Shown here in pieces: positions 36,156-51,473 of a stretch of DNA of 64,000 bases; the stretch's first letter is position 1, and every line of letters starts with the position of its first letter. A program made the translations under genes and the position numbers. This stretch comes from Eledone cirrhosa (taxonomy: Eukaryota): contig OZ024745.1 in assembly GCA_964016885.1 (NCBI GenBank), positions 40,672,001-40,736,000 of the forward strand, read 5' to 3'. The notes under the pieces were generated by a model. The model was given only the letters and a program-made list of their open reading frames with translations. It ran no database searches and was not told where the DNA came from.

Positions 36156-38483
36156 ATACAACAAAGCTACACCTATTTGATATACTTAGCAACATAAATG
36201 ATCGTCAATATTGATTGGATCAGATTACGCTCTGGAAATCGTGAGAAATCCGTCCTTAATTTGTCGCTAGAAATGAACGCAGCCTGTAAGACTTGCCAGA
36301 AAATGAGTGTAACATTTTATTTTCAATACTTGCAATGAGGATTTAACTAAATATTCACAAACTAAAGTCTGTAGCTGTCGTTTTTGGATTAGCAACTGAC
36401 ATCGGCTTTGATTGAATCAACGACGTTGATACGACGGCTGTATTGAATGTAGTGCTGGGGTAGTGATGGTGTTGCTTGGTGGGACAAGTGTCGGTAAACT
36501 CATTATTTAGGCAATGATGAAATTATCGTTGTTACTCTGTGTTGCAGAAATGGTGGTGGTCATGTTATTCCTAGGGGTAGCGGTGTGGGATGTGTAGGTG
36601 TTGCTGCGTCTACGAATGTTATAGTTGGTGGTGGCAGCGTTGGCGTAGGTGTGTTTGGGGTTGGGGTGTTGTTGTGTATTTCTTACCGCTGAAATTAATT
36701 CATACACTGTACAGAGTTGAAAATGGCTTTTTCTTCAAATATGAGTTGTCTAATGATATTAGTTTCCAGAAAAAACCTCCTACAGCTTAAGACATGTTCT
36801 ATGTATTTGAAGAGATTGTTTCTTGCTTGTGTTTTTCTACTATACACAGATTCTTTTATTTTTAGGTTGTTTTGTTACCAATTAATCAAGCAAGAAATAG
36901 CAGCATGCATTCAGATTTTGTAGAATGTATGGTAGTGGTGGGGAAGATCAAATTATAAAGAACTGAGTCTTTATCCTAAAAGTAGAGACCTGATCCTAAT
37001 GCTAACACTGAAGTGGAATTACATTTAAGGCAACAAAGATTTGAGAAGCGTGTTCAACTGTGATACAGATTACACATACCATCTAGGAACATGTACATTA
37101 CAGCATATGCGTTTCCGCATAATTACGGTTTACACAATTTTACTAGCAACTCTTAGACAGGCAGAAACATTTGATACAAGTAATCTCTTATTGCTTCACA
37201 CTGAATTCCAAACATGGAACAAGTCATTGTGACCCACGGAAAATAGCCTAGACCTTTTTTCAATTTCGGACATGAAAGCTTATGTCCATCGACGGCTCCT
37301 AGCATTAAATTGCAAGTTGATGATCATTTATCAAACACAAGTTCAAATAAAGGCATTCCCATGAAGATCTAGTGGTTTAGAATGCGTCGAATTTGGCCCC
37401 TTTTATTACAGGTAGAATTCAGCCAACTGGCTTGCAAACATTATCTACCATCCTACACCCACTTACAAAGCTTACGTAAGCTCTAGTTTGGGGTTCATAC
37501 CAATTGCCTAAGTCATCGAACGCATGATCTTATGATTGCAAAGTGAACTTCATAACTATTCTGTCATTCTCTTTCCACCGCTTAACCACAGGTCTATGAA
37601 TTTGAAACAGTATTTCAAATATATAATATGATGCCGATATGCACTCTGCTTGTTTTCCAGGAAGTATGCTGTCTTAAACTAGACATCCTATCTACCTAGC
37701 AGAGTCCTATAACTGGAAAAATCATTGTTTGAACCATGATTCTAAATAATGTTATATTTTCTTCATTTTTCTTCGCATAAATAAATACAAAAATCTTACA
37801 ATTATTGAAGTGCTGTGAATATATTTGATATTGACAGCTTTATGAATTTTTCAATAAAACATGTAGCAAAATAACGTTACATAAAATTAACATTGCATCA
37901 AAATTGCATCATGATACTCACTAAAATGAAGTTTTTGTTTTATTTTATTTTGAAACAAAAAATCAAAACCACGAAATATGAAATATAAGGGAAAATCGAA
38001 AACTGTTTTCTATTAAATTACTCCCGTTTTTTTACTCATGTACATCTGAATTGCATGTTACTGGTTTCCCCAAATGATTCAAACCACATATATCTGAATA
38101 TTTCATATAAACTACACTGCATTATTTTGTTCTGTTTTCACTTTTTTTTCTACTTATAAATAGGAACAAAAGTTTTACATTTATGGAAGTACTCTGGGTT
38201 TATTTGATATTGACATATTTATGCATTTCTCAATAAAAGCTGTAGCAAAACTTAGAATGAAATAAAGTTAATTAGAAACAGAAACCGATTTGAATATTGG
38301 AATTTCCTTCATTTCACCTCTTTGCTATCTGTAGTTCTTATATTATTAGGAACATGTTTATATGACATTTAATTCCTAAAAAGAAAACAAACTCATTTCC
38401 TTCTTAAGAATGTCGAAATATTTTTGGTAGTTATAGTTTATTTTTATTACTTAAAAAATAGAAGAGGAAATACTTCATATAAA

Positions 38484-38628
<145 letters not shown>

Positions 38629-41142
38629 TGTATAATGTATATATACTTTATACAATATATAAAATCAAAATAGAAAGAAACAATATTTTCTATTTTGAAA
38701 AAGTAATAAGTGAATAAATAAATATAAACCGCAAAACTTCTACCACTACTAATAATATTAGCATTATTAATGCTATTAATGATGTTGATGATGGTGATGA
38801 TGATAATAATAATAATAATAAAAATAATGATAATAACAAAAATAAAGATGACATTAATAATAATTCTGTGATCTCAACAATGTTTCTATCTCATGTAGAA
38901 ATAGAATTTCAAAACAATGACTTTTCTCTTTCTTCTATCGATTGTTTATTTCTCTGTTTATGGCAAATATATATGATTAATATTTTACTTATACTTTTAT
39001 GTTTTGTTTATAGTCTAACATACTACCAACAAAACAACAATCGCAAATAATAAAATCAACAGAAACAACAACGCCATTTCCATAACTCAAACTCCCCCAC
39101 CACAAAGAACATCAACATGAGCCCCAGCAACAATATCGCAGCTTCAATGCTACCACAAATAACAAGAAAAATGCCAACAACAACATAAATATACAACTTA
39201 AAGCTAGTATTTATAAAAACAATGAAGCAAAAGAGGGCATGATAAGTCTATATATATGAAGAATATCACAAACAACAGCACCTCTAACAAAGACTAAGAT
39301 AGCAACATTAGCAATATAATCGACAGGAAGACTAAAGTCACTAATAGACACAACAATCTCAATTACACTAATACATCGACATCAGAATCAACAATAAAGG
39401 AGCATCTTCATTAGAAATAACATCAAGTATAAATTAGACAATGTAATCCTTGACATAAATAAAACGTGTTCAAAATAGACTTTTACAATAATTATTCTTG
39501 AGCTGAAGATATAATGTCTCCACAAACATCTTTGCAACGAGCCAGCCAGTGAAAATTGGTATTCTGGCTACACCTACTATAAATAGTGGTCAAATATCCT
39601 TCCTGTTAAAAGTTAGCATATTGAACAGGGTCACGTTGGGTAATGCTGTGTTAATTGTCCATTGCTGAAAAAGCCTTGCTTAATGGGAGTTGACGGGAAG
39701 GTAAACAAACACGAAAAATATATTTCCAATGGAAACTTAAACGGACCCTAAATCTTCTGGAAATAACTATCAATTATGTCACAAATCACACATTAGTGCA
39801 GTGAAAAAAATTGACACATAAGATGATGCAATCGTAGACGTACTGTATCTGAAATTTTAAAAATGGCATGATGGTAAACGGCACTTTAAACTGTTTAATT
39901 GTAGGTTGACCTAGGGCTAAACAGATCCAGTGTGACACTGTAAGGTATGAGGCTAGTACATTGATAAAAAGGTGCAGTCCATATAACGAGCCTACAATTA
40001 CTTTCTATCTGAACAATTTCATTCATAAGTCATACGTTGGAAAATGACAACTTGCACTAGAGGTTACACGGTAGCAGTTAACTGGGATCTCTCGATATTT
40101 CAATGACGTTTTTTTACATTAACCCAACATAGAACTAATTGATATATTAACAATGTTTCAGATACCCCACAATCGATAAAAAGAGTCGTAACAAGGCCCT
40201 TTTGAAGGTGCTATCCTATGTAAGGTAATTTGTGGAAGGCCAACAGTCCACCACACATGCCTTCTTCTCGAAAGGTAAAAGCTGCTTGTCTTTGGTATCA
40301 ATATCCAGTAGGCGAAATACTTCCGTTTGAAGCAATGTGAAACAGTGTCTGATCAAAACTACAACGTACCACTTGTGCGGTAATCGAACTCACTAACTTA
40401 CGATCGTATGACTAACACAGTAATCACTATGGTGTGCGAACAACATATCAAAATATACAAGCACAGAAGAAAGCACACAAACACTAAAACATGGAAATAA
40501 TTATCAAAATGACAAAAACCAATCAATAGTGGACAAATGCTGGTAACTACAACTACAACAACAATTATAATGATATTTGCTATAAACAAAGAAATAACAA
40601 TATTTGCAATGATACATCAATAAATACCGCTGCTGTGGCAAATAGCAAATACAGAAAAAGGTAACAAGAGAAATAATAGATGAAAATGTAAAGTAAATGG
40701 ATTTTGAGAATATACTGTAGAGTTGTGTATTTAGATATAGAGGGAGGAAGGGAAATTGGAGAAATTAGGAGGTGGGTAGAAAATACGTGATAGGGGAAGA
40801 CAAATGGCTGATAGAGATAGAGTCCGACAGAGAAAAAGAGTGGAGTAGTAAGGACAGAGTTGGTAACATAGCGTGGAAGATATTTGACAGTGACAAAGAC
40901 AAAAATAGGAAAAGATAGATTTGTGCAGGGAGGTTTGTGCGAGTGATAGGGAAAGAAGTAGTAAGAGAAATATTTAGAAAGTAAACATTGGTAAACAGAG
41001 GGTGTACAGATATATAAATAAGGAGCTAAAATGATTATAAATACGGCAAAATGTATGTGTAAGAAAGAAATAAGTCACACATATCTATATCTACGCCATT
41101 TGCATCAAGACACATGCACTCACACAGACAAATGTATGTATG

Positions 41143-41182
<40 letters not shown>

Positions 41183-41258
41183 TAGACAGTTATTTTTATG
41201 TGAGAATATATATACTTAGATTCGTGTATGTTTGTATACACACACACATTCACAAATG

Positions 41259-41308
<50 letters not shown>

Positions 41309-41677
41309 GTAGAAGACAATGAGATATAGAGAAATGATGAAATTGAGTATGTTTACGTCTAAATGTCAATCTTTTGTTTCTATATCCTATTAATGACATG
41401 TCATTATAACAGTTGTGCTTTATGTTTCGGAGGAGAGCAATTGAAAGTTTGAAACAAAAAAGACGGAATAGTAGAAAACAAAAGCCATTGCTGCCCTCTA
41501 ACATCAGATACAACAATGCTTTCCAGGATAATTGTTGCTGAGACAATAAAATATTTATAGAGTCGTTGCAATAATTGATAATAAAAATTACATATACAGT
41601 TCATACAAAAATGTGGGCATACACACCCCATACACACAAACACACACACACACACAAACACACATACATACATGTGC

Positions 41678-41732
<55 letters not shown>

Positions 41733-42522
41733 AGTGTGTGTCCATGGGTGTGTGTATTGATGGGTGTGGGATTCATACACAGACGTGCACACACATGCAG
41801 CACTCACATACATGCCTATATATAGATATATAATAAAATACGAGGGGTAAGATTTTATCACTCATTACAAAATTTACCATGATACGTATTTCTTTTGGGA
41901 AATGGGTAAGTCAGGTAGTATGGTGCAATCCATGATACAGCAGCTTCAGATGGCCCATTGAGTAATCCATCTGTAATCAATGTATTGATATGGAGAGAAG
42001 CCCTTTGGAATAACACCAAATGTATCTCGGTCTCCATATCAATATATTACAGTGCCTTACGTAATGAGCAGCCTGAAGATGTCGTGTCATGGATCGCTTC
42101 ATGATATCATGACGTAATCATGTCCACACAGTACTGCGTATTATGTCTAATTGCGTAGTAAAGAAGTTATGAAATCTAGCCGTAACATTCATTATAATAC
42201 ATATATAATTCTGTCCTGCAATATCCATACGATAACACATTAATATATACACGTGACTTTGAGTGCTTTTTCCTTATTACAACATGATTGGAGCGACAGA
42301 ATCACAACCCCAGCTACAAATTAGGAAACATCTTATAACACACGTATGTATGTATATATACATACATGTAATTTTAAATGAGTGATGTATATACATACGT
42401 ACATATATACATGCTATTTTGTTGGATTGTATTATAATCCTCATTTACCATTCCATACGACAAGGGTAGAACACCAGTCTTTAGAACGCGGCATCCATAG
42501 AGGTGTTCAAAGCTATTTAAAT

Positions 42523-42564
<42 letters not shown>

Positions 42565-42579
42565 GTTCATATATTTTAC

Positions 42580-43640
42580 TACGTTGCCATGAGTAACATC
42601 TTAGAAGGCATTTTCTAGAGAACAATGCCAGCAGATTCATTGCGGGGTATCACATGCCCAGCCAATGCAAGCCTCCGTCATATGTAGGACGTCAGAAATG
42701 CGAAGAATGAATCGTAGAGCGATGTCTCTGTTGCATGTGCTTACCAGTAGATGATCTGGATCGTTCACAGCATTCACGTGTATATACTATTAACATTATG
42801 TGTAGAGATTGTATGTACTAATGTACATGATTTCTAGCCCTAGAGGAGAATGGCCTAAACCGAACCCTATAGCGCATAGATTTGCTGATTTTTGTTCTGA
42901 GACGTATGAATTTTTTTTGTCAGCATTCAGGAAGAGCCCGATGGACCGAGCTGAAAACTCAGTTCTCTATAAATCGTCAGAAACTTTGAAGATGTTTTCC
43001 ATGACGACTATGTCCTCTACATAACCCAGTTCAGGTAGATTCCTTCCGGCTTTCTTCTTGAGGTACATAAAGATAATTGCTGTTTTTTCTTGTGAATGTG
43101 TATATCTCCTAACAAGGCTTCATAGTATCTAGTTGTGTTAGGTATCAATGAAAGATGGACATAATCCATGTTGGTTGGAACGTAAAAATGTGGTGACTGA
43201 CTGATCTTATATTATTCAGGATCATCTTATTACAAACATTTCCTGCAATGTCGGTATTACGTATACGTGTATACATGTAGAGGTATGTGTTATATTCCTG
43301 ATATTTCTCAAACCTCATAGAAATTAGCGCAAAATTCTGTTAGCAACTTACAAACCTTTGGTAGTCTGTATATGCGAATAGGTAGGCCATCAAGATGCGG
43401 ATCTTTGCCTAGTTTCATTACCTTTAAAGCGATGTTCAATGCATCAACGGAGTATTTAGCGATGGCTATCTCCGGATGGATTTCAAATATTGGGTCATTT
43501 TCTACTCCGATTTCACAAAGATTATCTGCTGATAGGATTAGTGAAATTCCTCATTCTAGGTTGCTAGGCAGATTTCGCCTTTACTCTACATTATTCAACT
43601 CAATAAGATGCCGCCTGACCCATGTACTGGGAAAACTTCG
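42580..43640 (-). pseudogene. Decayed LINE reverse transcriptase (RTE/RTE-X-like)
   Basis: Minus-strand peptides ALKVMKLGKDPHLDGLP, LRSNQHG, ELGYVEDIVVMEN (decayed YADD) and SARSIGLFLNADK. Confidence 0.65.
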
Positions 43641-43671
43641 ATAGTGATTAGAGATTGTTTATCATAAATAT

Positions 43672-43774
<103 letters not shown>

Positions 43775-44251
43775 GGTGGGGAAAGTGTGTGATTGTGTGA
43801 GCTTATGCGAAAGGTAATCAAAAAGCAACACAGTAAACTATACAGTCCAACAAACATATATATTAATTTAACGCATGATATAGTACGAAAAGTGCCTTAG
43901 CGTTTCAGACGCTTGTGATTCATTAGAAAATGAGAAATAAAATAATGGAAACATAGAAGAGGAAGATGAAAGGAAGAAACAGACACTTTTCTGGGGAAGA
44001 GAACCACGTGTGTTCAGTCACCCAATTTGGAAGAAACAATTGTAAGCAAATAAATGATTTAAACAGAACTTTGATTCATGTAATCTCTAGATAACTGCTC
44101 TGTAAAACAACTGATGTTGTTACATTGAGCTATTTATGTTACTGGTAATAAGATAGTAATAAATTACTGTCTTTCACTATTTAGGGTTTAAAATATATAT
44201 AACTATAAAAGGTTTTAGTATATACATAACCATAAATAGTATCCATAATAC

Positions 44252-44283
<32 letters not shown>

Positions 44284-44339
44284 AGTGTGTGTGTGTGTGT
44301 ATGCGTGGGGGTTGGGGGGGGCTGCATATGTGTCTGTGT

Positions 44340-44380
<41 letters not shown>

Positions 44381-44670
44381 GTTTCTGAATTTGTTATATA
44401 TTATTTATGCAAATGACTGACTGGACACACACGTGGTTATCTTCCACAGAAAAGTGTCCGTTTCAGGTAATCTAACACACACACTCTCTCACTCTCTCAA
44501 AGTCACACACAGACACACGCACAGACACACATGTAACCCCCCCCCCCCATATATATATGGGGGGGGGGGGGGTTCATGTGTGTCTGTGCGTGTGTCTTTG
44601 TGTGTGGTGTTAGATTACCTGAAATATTTAACTGAACTTACAGAATGATTATTAATATTTTGCTATTGTT

Positions 44671-44890
44671 AAGGGCGGTGGATTGGCGGTGGAAAGGCTC
44701 GGACACCATGCTTTGAAGCATAGAGTTACGGCCCTTTATCATCTGAATTCAAATCCCGCCGAGGATAAGTTTGCCTTTCATCCTTACGGGGTCGATAAAA
44801 TAAAGCACCACTCACGCACTGGGGTCGATTTAATCGACTTTCCCCTCCCCCCAAAATCGCTGTCCTTGTGCCTATATAAGAAACCAATAT
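44671..44890 (+). mobile_element. tRNA-derived SINE (long variant)
   Basis: SINE consensus including the GGGGTCGATTTAATCGACTTTCCCC segment. Confidence 0.9.
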
Positions 44891-45346
44891 TTTGCTTTTG
44901 TTGTAAATTTTCTGTTTCTTTTTATTTGGTAAACGGTAACATATACCATACATCTCTATCGCACTCACACACACACATATACGCGCACACACATACACAC
45001 ACACACTCACGCACCACCCACGCACACATACACCAAAAAAGACACACACACGCTGAATATAGAATACAGACATAGCAACAGTAGCATAACTACCAACATA
45101 TACTACACAAAGACACACTCACTCATACATAAGACACATTTACATCATCTATATTAGGATATTAAAAAGTGTCATTATGGCTATTGACGCATGTAATCTG
45201 AAAAAAATATATATTCTTTGGGAGAATTGTAGATATTATCTTTCATAAGTATAGCAACAAATGCAGTCAATCTCATTATGGGTCAAATATATATATGCCA
45301 GAGAATAAGATTGTTAGCTTGTAGATTTGTTATTTGTTAATAGCTC

Positions 45347-45389
<43 letters not shown>

Positions 45390-45420
45390 AGTGTAATTTA
45401 CTACACAAAACGAAGGTTAT

Positions 45421-45897
45421 AGAGAAAATTGAGGTTGGTAATGGCACATGGAATATATAAGAGACAGAATACTTTTTTGTGAAAAAACATATAATTTTAT
45501 AAGGCAAGGAAATAATAAAGGGTATAAAAAATGACCGGTTTCGATGGGTCTGCAAAAGCCATCTTTTCAAATGTTCATTAATATTAAGAAAAATTAATAA
45601 TAAGAAGAGTTAAAATTTGAGATTTGAAAATTCAAGTATAAAATTCATTGTGGGATTTCATAGTAGTTTTCATCTTGGTAGCCGCAAGTTGACTGCTGTG
45701 TGCCTTTTTTCTTCTTATTATTAATTTTTCTTAATATTAATCAACATTTGAAAAGATGGCTTTTGCAGACCCATCGAAACCGGTCATTTTTTATACCCTT
45801 TATTATTTCCTTACCTTATAAAATTATATGTTTTTTCACAAAAAAGTATTCTGTCTCTTATATATTCCATGTGCCATTACCAACCTCAATTTTCTCT
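45421..45897. mobile_element. Inverted pair of PLE pLTR-like sequences with hammerhead-like motif
   Basis: 45421-45608 is the reverse complement of 45711-45897. Each arm has TTGAAAA-GATGG..CCATC-GAAAC-CG-GTC. Confidence 0.8.
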
Positions 45898-46151
45898 CTC
45901 TATATATATATATATACATATATATATATGTATATGTAGGAGGTGAGTTTTATTGTAGTACAATAAAGCAATGCAGATATCGGATAAGTAGCACTCTACA
46001 GTTTGTAGGACTGGAGTATAAATAATATATAAGATCAAAAGATGGTTAAAAGAGTTCCATGTATTTTATTATGCGCATTTCAAAAACAAATATCATCATG
46101 CGATGACATTTGCGTTTTCGTCAGATAAAATAGGGAGACATGATATGAAGG

Positions 46152-46230
46152 TTAAAAAACACTTGTGAATAGTGCAGTTTTAAATCAACATATGTAGACT
46201 TAAAACTGCACTATTCACAAGTGTTTTTAA
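46152..46230. repeat. ~78 bp palindrome
   Basis: AAAAACACTTGTGAATAGTGCAGTTTTAA ... TTAAAACTGCACTATTCACAAGTGTTTTT. Confidence 0.9.
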
Positions 46231-46245
46231 TATAATATATTCTAA

Positions 46246-46430
46246 GGGCGGTGGATTGGCAGTATCGGTTAAGGGTCGGACGCCATGCTTTGACGCATAG
46301 AGTTATAGCTCTTTCCATTCAAATCCCGCCGAGGTCAACTTTGCCTTTCATCCTTACGGGGTCGATAAAATAAAGTACCAGTAATGTACTGGGTAATTGC
46401 TGGCCTTGTGCCAAATGTAGAAACAATTAT
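46246..46430 (+). mobile_element. tRNA-derived SINE with ~15 bp target-site duplication
   Basis: TAATATATTCTAAGG on both sides. Confidence 0.92.
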
Positions 46431-46879
46431 TAATATATTCTAAGGAAAAGTAAATAATCACCGTAGATCTATAAAAATAATACGGGTGCCCCATGGGTAT
46501 TTGACCAGCGAAGAAAATAGTACTGAATGCTGTCTCAAATCTCTCCGTACTCTATTAAACATTATCCAGTTTTTAATAGTTGATATGCCCACGCTTCAAA
46601 AATCATAAGGGTTTTTGTTGACACTCAAAATGTATTGGATCCAAATCTTCTAAAATTACACAGTAATATCTATGTAAATGTAGCCTAATGCTGCATACGT
46701 CATAATAATGAATGATCTGCTCTCAGCTTTAACGGTGTTAGATCAACTTATGAATTAACATGTAGCCTATAAACCCGTGTGCCTTTAACGTAATTCCTGA
46801 ACTGAAACAGTGTGAAATATTGTTACAGTTTTTGACTACTTAATTTACCTCATATATCTAAATATTAATATTTCAGCTA

Positions 46880-48740
46880 GACGTCATTCAAAACCACAAA
46901 TATCACAACCAGAACAACTAGCCCATAGTCGATTACTCAGAAGATACGCTTCTGTCAAAACGTGTATGTTTGCGGTATATATTGGATCAAATGAAATACA
47001 CTCACTTGACCAGATCTGGGCAAACATTACTATTCCATTCATAAGCATGACTTTACATCTTGCCGACAACTGTAGTGAAACTGGGATGCAGTGTTCGTCT
47101 GCACATCTTTCGAATACTCTGGCGTTTGTAAATCCCAGGATGCAATCGTGCATGTTGAAATGTCTCTTGAAATAAATACATTGCAAAGAAAGTACCACAT
47201 ATGCTAACATAATGAGGAAAGAAAGAAACAAAGAAATATATGTTGTTTTTTTTTTGTAGTTCTACAGAAATGGAATGAATGCGTTGCTTTCCCGAGACCT
47301 CCGAGATCAGATAGATCGATGCTGTCAATATTCTGTTGTTTAAACTGTAGCAGTTCCAATTCTTTGGGGAATGATTAGAGCAGAACGTATGTCCCAGACG
47401 ATAGTCGTTTCGAACTAGTTGGACCGGGAGTAGTCCATTCTACAGGGTTTAATTCGGGTGTATATAGCTTATGTGACACAGCGAAGAGAGACAAGTGAAT
47501 TGATATTATCTGTGGTCGATTGGCAGTATCGGTAGAGGGTCGCACACCATGCTTTGCAGCATTGCTACGTCCGTTTAAGGTCTGAGTTCAAATCCCGCTG
47601 AGGTTAACTTTGCCTTTCATCCTTACGGGCTCGATAAAATAAAGTACCAGTAATGCACTGGGATAATTGCTGGCCTTGTGCCAAAAGTAGAAACAATTAT
47701 GTGAGATCTGAGTGTATACGGTATACGATTAGCAAGGAAAAGATTCCATCGTTGTAAAGTTAGAAAGCGAAGTAAGAAGACATACCACGTCTGTCAGAGG
47801 CTGTAGATTGTCAGTGAATAATTCTAAACCAATTATTCGAGTGGCGTTTTCTGGGTGCAGTCCCGGATGTCAGTGTGAGCAACTGTTACCCCACCGAGGT
47901 ATAGAACCATTAACCTATTATAAGGTCTCAAGTGAGATTTTACAGAAGTCTTAATAATTGGTATGCAGTGCTAATTATTTAGGAATGTCTTCTACAATAG
48001 GGATCATCAATGATTTTGAGGTCAAGCATTTGGAGTCATAGTGATTGCTCTAGATCCCTGCTTTTTAAGTGAAGTGCGGTGGTGTTTCCTTGTTCTGAGC
48101 AGAGATTAGATTTTTCTGTTGATACGTTATAATTCTGATGGGTAGGGTTTAGGATTCTACTGTTGAAAGATCTACAAAGCTGCAGATCCCTGGAATATGA
48201 AATTACTGACTACCTATTGGGTACAATGATGTCGAGGATATATATGCACCACCCGAAATTTTACACTTCTGATTGACAATTATTCCCGTTACCAAGATAT
48301 TACAACATTTGTCTCAGAGAGGTGTTATTTATTTTTGTACCATTTCTGCTGCTACTATAACAACCTTTGCTCTTCTACATTGATAAGAGAACCGTCATCA
48401 ATTTCATTATCGAGGATTCAGTTCATCAATGAATGAGGCGCTGACTCGGTAATTCATCAATGTGTATATAGCTGAATATTTCACATGAACATGACACCTA
48501 AGTTGAATCAGTGTGATAAAAAATACGACAATGCTGGACTTTGCAGGAATAATCCATCCAACAGGTTTCGGCAGAGTATTCTTTGGTTATGTTTTACGCA
48601 TATTACTTTCGTTGGGTAGTGTCCATGACAAATACATATGCTCATGATTCAGCGCAGAAGTATCGAATTCCATGATGCCAATGAACCTGTTAAACAGTTA
48701 TTTATACCTGCGTCTGTTACGCTGTAATTGGGCTATGTAG
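46880..48740 (-). pseudogene. Highly decayed LINE (APE endonuclease plus RT N-terminal motifs), interrupted by a SINE
   Basis: ORF 46884..47231 contains LGFTNARV..SFDPIYTANIHVLTEAY, resembling GFR..RS / AFDSI.R..IL.AY. Weak APE-like remnants lie at 48000-48700. Confidence 0.5.
47511..47700 (+). mobile_element. tRNA-derived SINE
   Basis: SINE consensus. Confidence 0.9.
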
Positions 48741-51473
48741 ATATATCACCTGAATACACATTTTCAGATCTACTGCTACATTGTTTCTCTCTTTAAAACT
48801 ATTGATAACTACACAAACATAACCCCTATTCCTCCCTTCCCACCTTACATACACAGTCTCACTGAACAGATCTGAAACGACTAATTTGCCAAATGATTAT
48901 TCCTCACAGCGTTCCGTGTGGATTTCCTACATCAACAATGTACAGATATTTAAACTGTTGACCAACCTCATGGATATCTAGTCATAGAATATAGGCAATC
49001 CTGTGTACCGTGTTTTATCAGAATGCATTTTGTTTAAATAGAGATTCATGTTACATAATTTGGCGTGGAACTACTCAGCCGATGAGAGTGGTTTTGTTCC
49101 GTATCGGTTTTAAAGAGAAAGATGCAATCTTTTTGAAGTGTCTAAATACAGAGTGTATTCATTTACATATACGATTGTTTGGTTAACTCTATTATCACTA
49201 TTAGTATCTTTAATAAATCATCGTTATTGTGGCTACGCATAATTGTTTCAAATAGTAAGGGACAAAACTTAAATCATCATTAAATAAACCAAATTGTGAA
49301 TGGTAAATGGAACAAATGTTTATGTATTAGATATGCTGTTTAATTTCTATAGACAAATTATACACCAGTGTGATCAATTATTATCTTCATCTCAATTCGC
49401 TGTTTACATCACATGGAGAAATGTTGTTTGTGTTTGTTAGCATTTGTTTGAAGTCATAGCGTGCAACCTAAATGGACCTTTCCTGTAATTCCTAGTATGA
49501 TGTAGCAATCTGTCGATGTTAGTACTGAAATAACACATTAAAGTTATTTCATGTTTATTTATGACAGTTAAAACCCCAGCTTCTCTGTGTCAGTGTGTGT
49601 GTGTATGTGTGCATGAGTGTGTGCTTGTGCGGAGTGGGGGTTGTGTGGGTATTTATTTCCTACATTATACAGACATCACTGAAAAATGTTCTCGCCTGAA
49701 CCTATTGAAAATATAAACGTTCGGTGACATAAACCATTTATATAGAAAGTCTCAAGGTCTAAGACCGAATAGAAAGCTGATTAATTTGACACGCTGACTT
49801 TGAAGCAATTCCTCGGACGCCTAAATAGGAGAATAACTGACCTTATCCGAACAAATAGCTGAAAGAACATTAATGCTATTGATTTCGTTTACGCAGAAAT
49901 CGATTATAATTATTTGTTATATTCTCCAGAGACTATTTGGGTAATTGTTAGACAAACACATTACAGATACCTTATCAAAGTTATGATTTTGTCTAGTTGT
50001 CCAGTAGGAATACGTTTATTATTAAAACCTCCATATATTCCTTCATTTATATTCCATGAGACAATTGACCAGAATGTTACTTTCAAATGTTTATCTATTA
50101 CGATGGCCACAAGTGAAAAGAATTAGATAAATTATGATCTGTCGTCTTAAGTCTTATTGAAATGATCATATTTTAATGCGATCTCTCATTTCGTTACATA
50201 GTCATAAATCTGACATAAAATAAATAGAACAAATGATTATTTTCGAAAAGTCGCTAATGAAAATTCTTCAGGAATTTAGACGAGACAAGCAGCTGCATAA
50301 ACAAACACTCTTCTTATCAGATCTCATATAATAAACATACAATGTTAATATGATCTCGTCTATATTGTAAAAGCTGCAAACTAAATGAACTGCAGTTCAT
50401 ATACTCTGCAGAGGTATTTTTCAGCTCTGAAAATGTTATTTCATTATGTGAGCTAAAAGTAACCTAAATATTAAACATATATAATATTACTGGTGGTCAT
50501 TTCATAAGTGGTTTTCAAGAACTCCTTTAAAGAAAACCATTTCTGCTTGCGGGATTTTGGCCGTTTGAATTCCACAAGAGTGCACTGTTAATATTTTATT
50601 GGTAATGTGATATATAACATTTATATATTGGGACAAATCACTATGCCAAGTCAGAATTACAGGAGTTGAAATGTCAATATCATAAACAAGTAGTAGTAGT
50701 AGAAGTAGTAGTAGTAGTAAATTAACAAATGAAATATTTTGTGGTATTTGATATTCTACGTTACCATGTGTGATTCGAGTTCCAATCCTGCCAATGTCAC
50801 CACGTCTTTTTCGAAGTCGATAAAGAAGAAACAGCCTAGAGTCTGGATTATATAAAATGTTATTAATTATCTCTGAAGATTAGATTTTATATTGTCATAT
50901 TTTTAATTATATTTATCTGTCTAGACTACCTAATTCGCATACACCACATTATAATATATTCCTGTCCAAAATTAATACCGGGGTACTGGTATATAAAAAA
51001 GTAACACACGAGTTGATAAATATAAAAACAAATACTAGAAAGAATAAGATTCTTTCAGTAGAAAATGTTGAAGAGATTTTTTTCAGCAGGATATCAAAAC
51101 ATTAATTTATTTACAATGCCGGTTTCAGCATTGTCAATTGCGGATATGCAGAATATTGTTAAGTTGCATATTTGTACAAATAATGATGATGGTATTAATA
51201 ATGATGAAGATATTAAAAATAAAGTAAAAAAGGGGAAGAAAAAAATTTATTTTCACATACATGTTCATTCAGAGAAGTCATTTCTCTGTGTCCGTCCTAC
51301 TCTGCTTATAGCTTATATATATACATTTAGGTTTGTTGGTTCACCACTGGATAGAACTGGTCATTCCGCATAGTCAATCGTGATATATTATTAGGAAAAG
51401 CACTCGACGTGTGCAACTCACCTATCTTCGTTTATGTTAAATATTGTTGGTGGTGCGAGAATGGAGTTAATTA

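Noticed and set aside
37820-38250. Diverged ~50 bp direct repeat (TATTTGATATTGACA..TCAATAAAA..TGTAGCAAAA) about 380 bp apart
   Set aside because: Looks like an old local duplication with no further structure.
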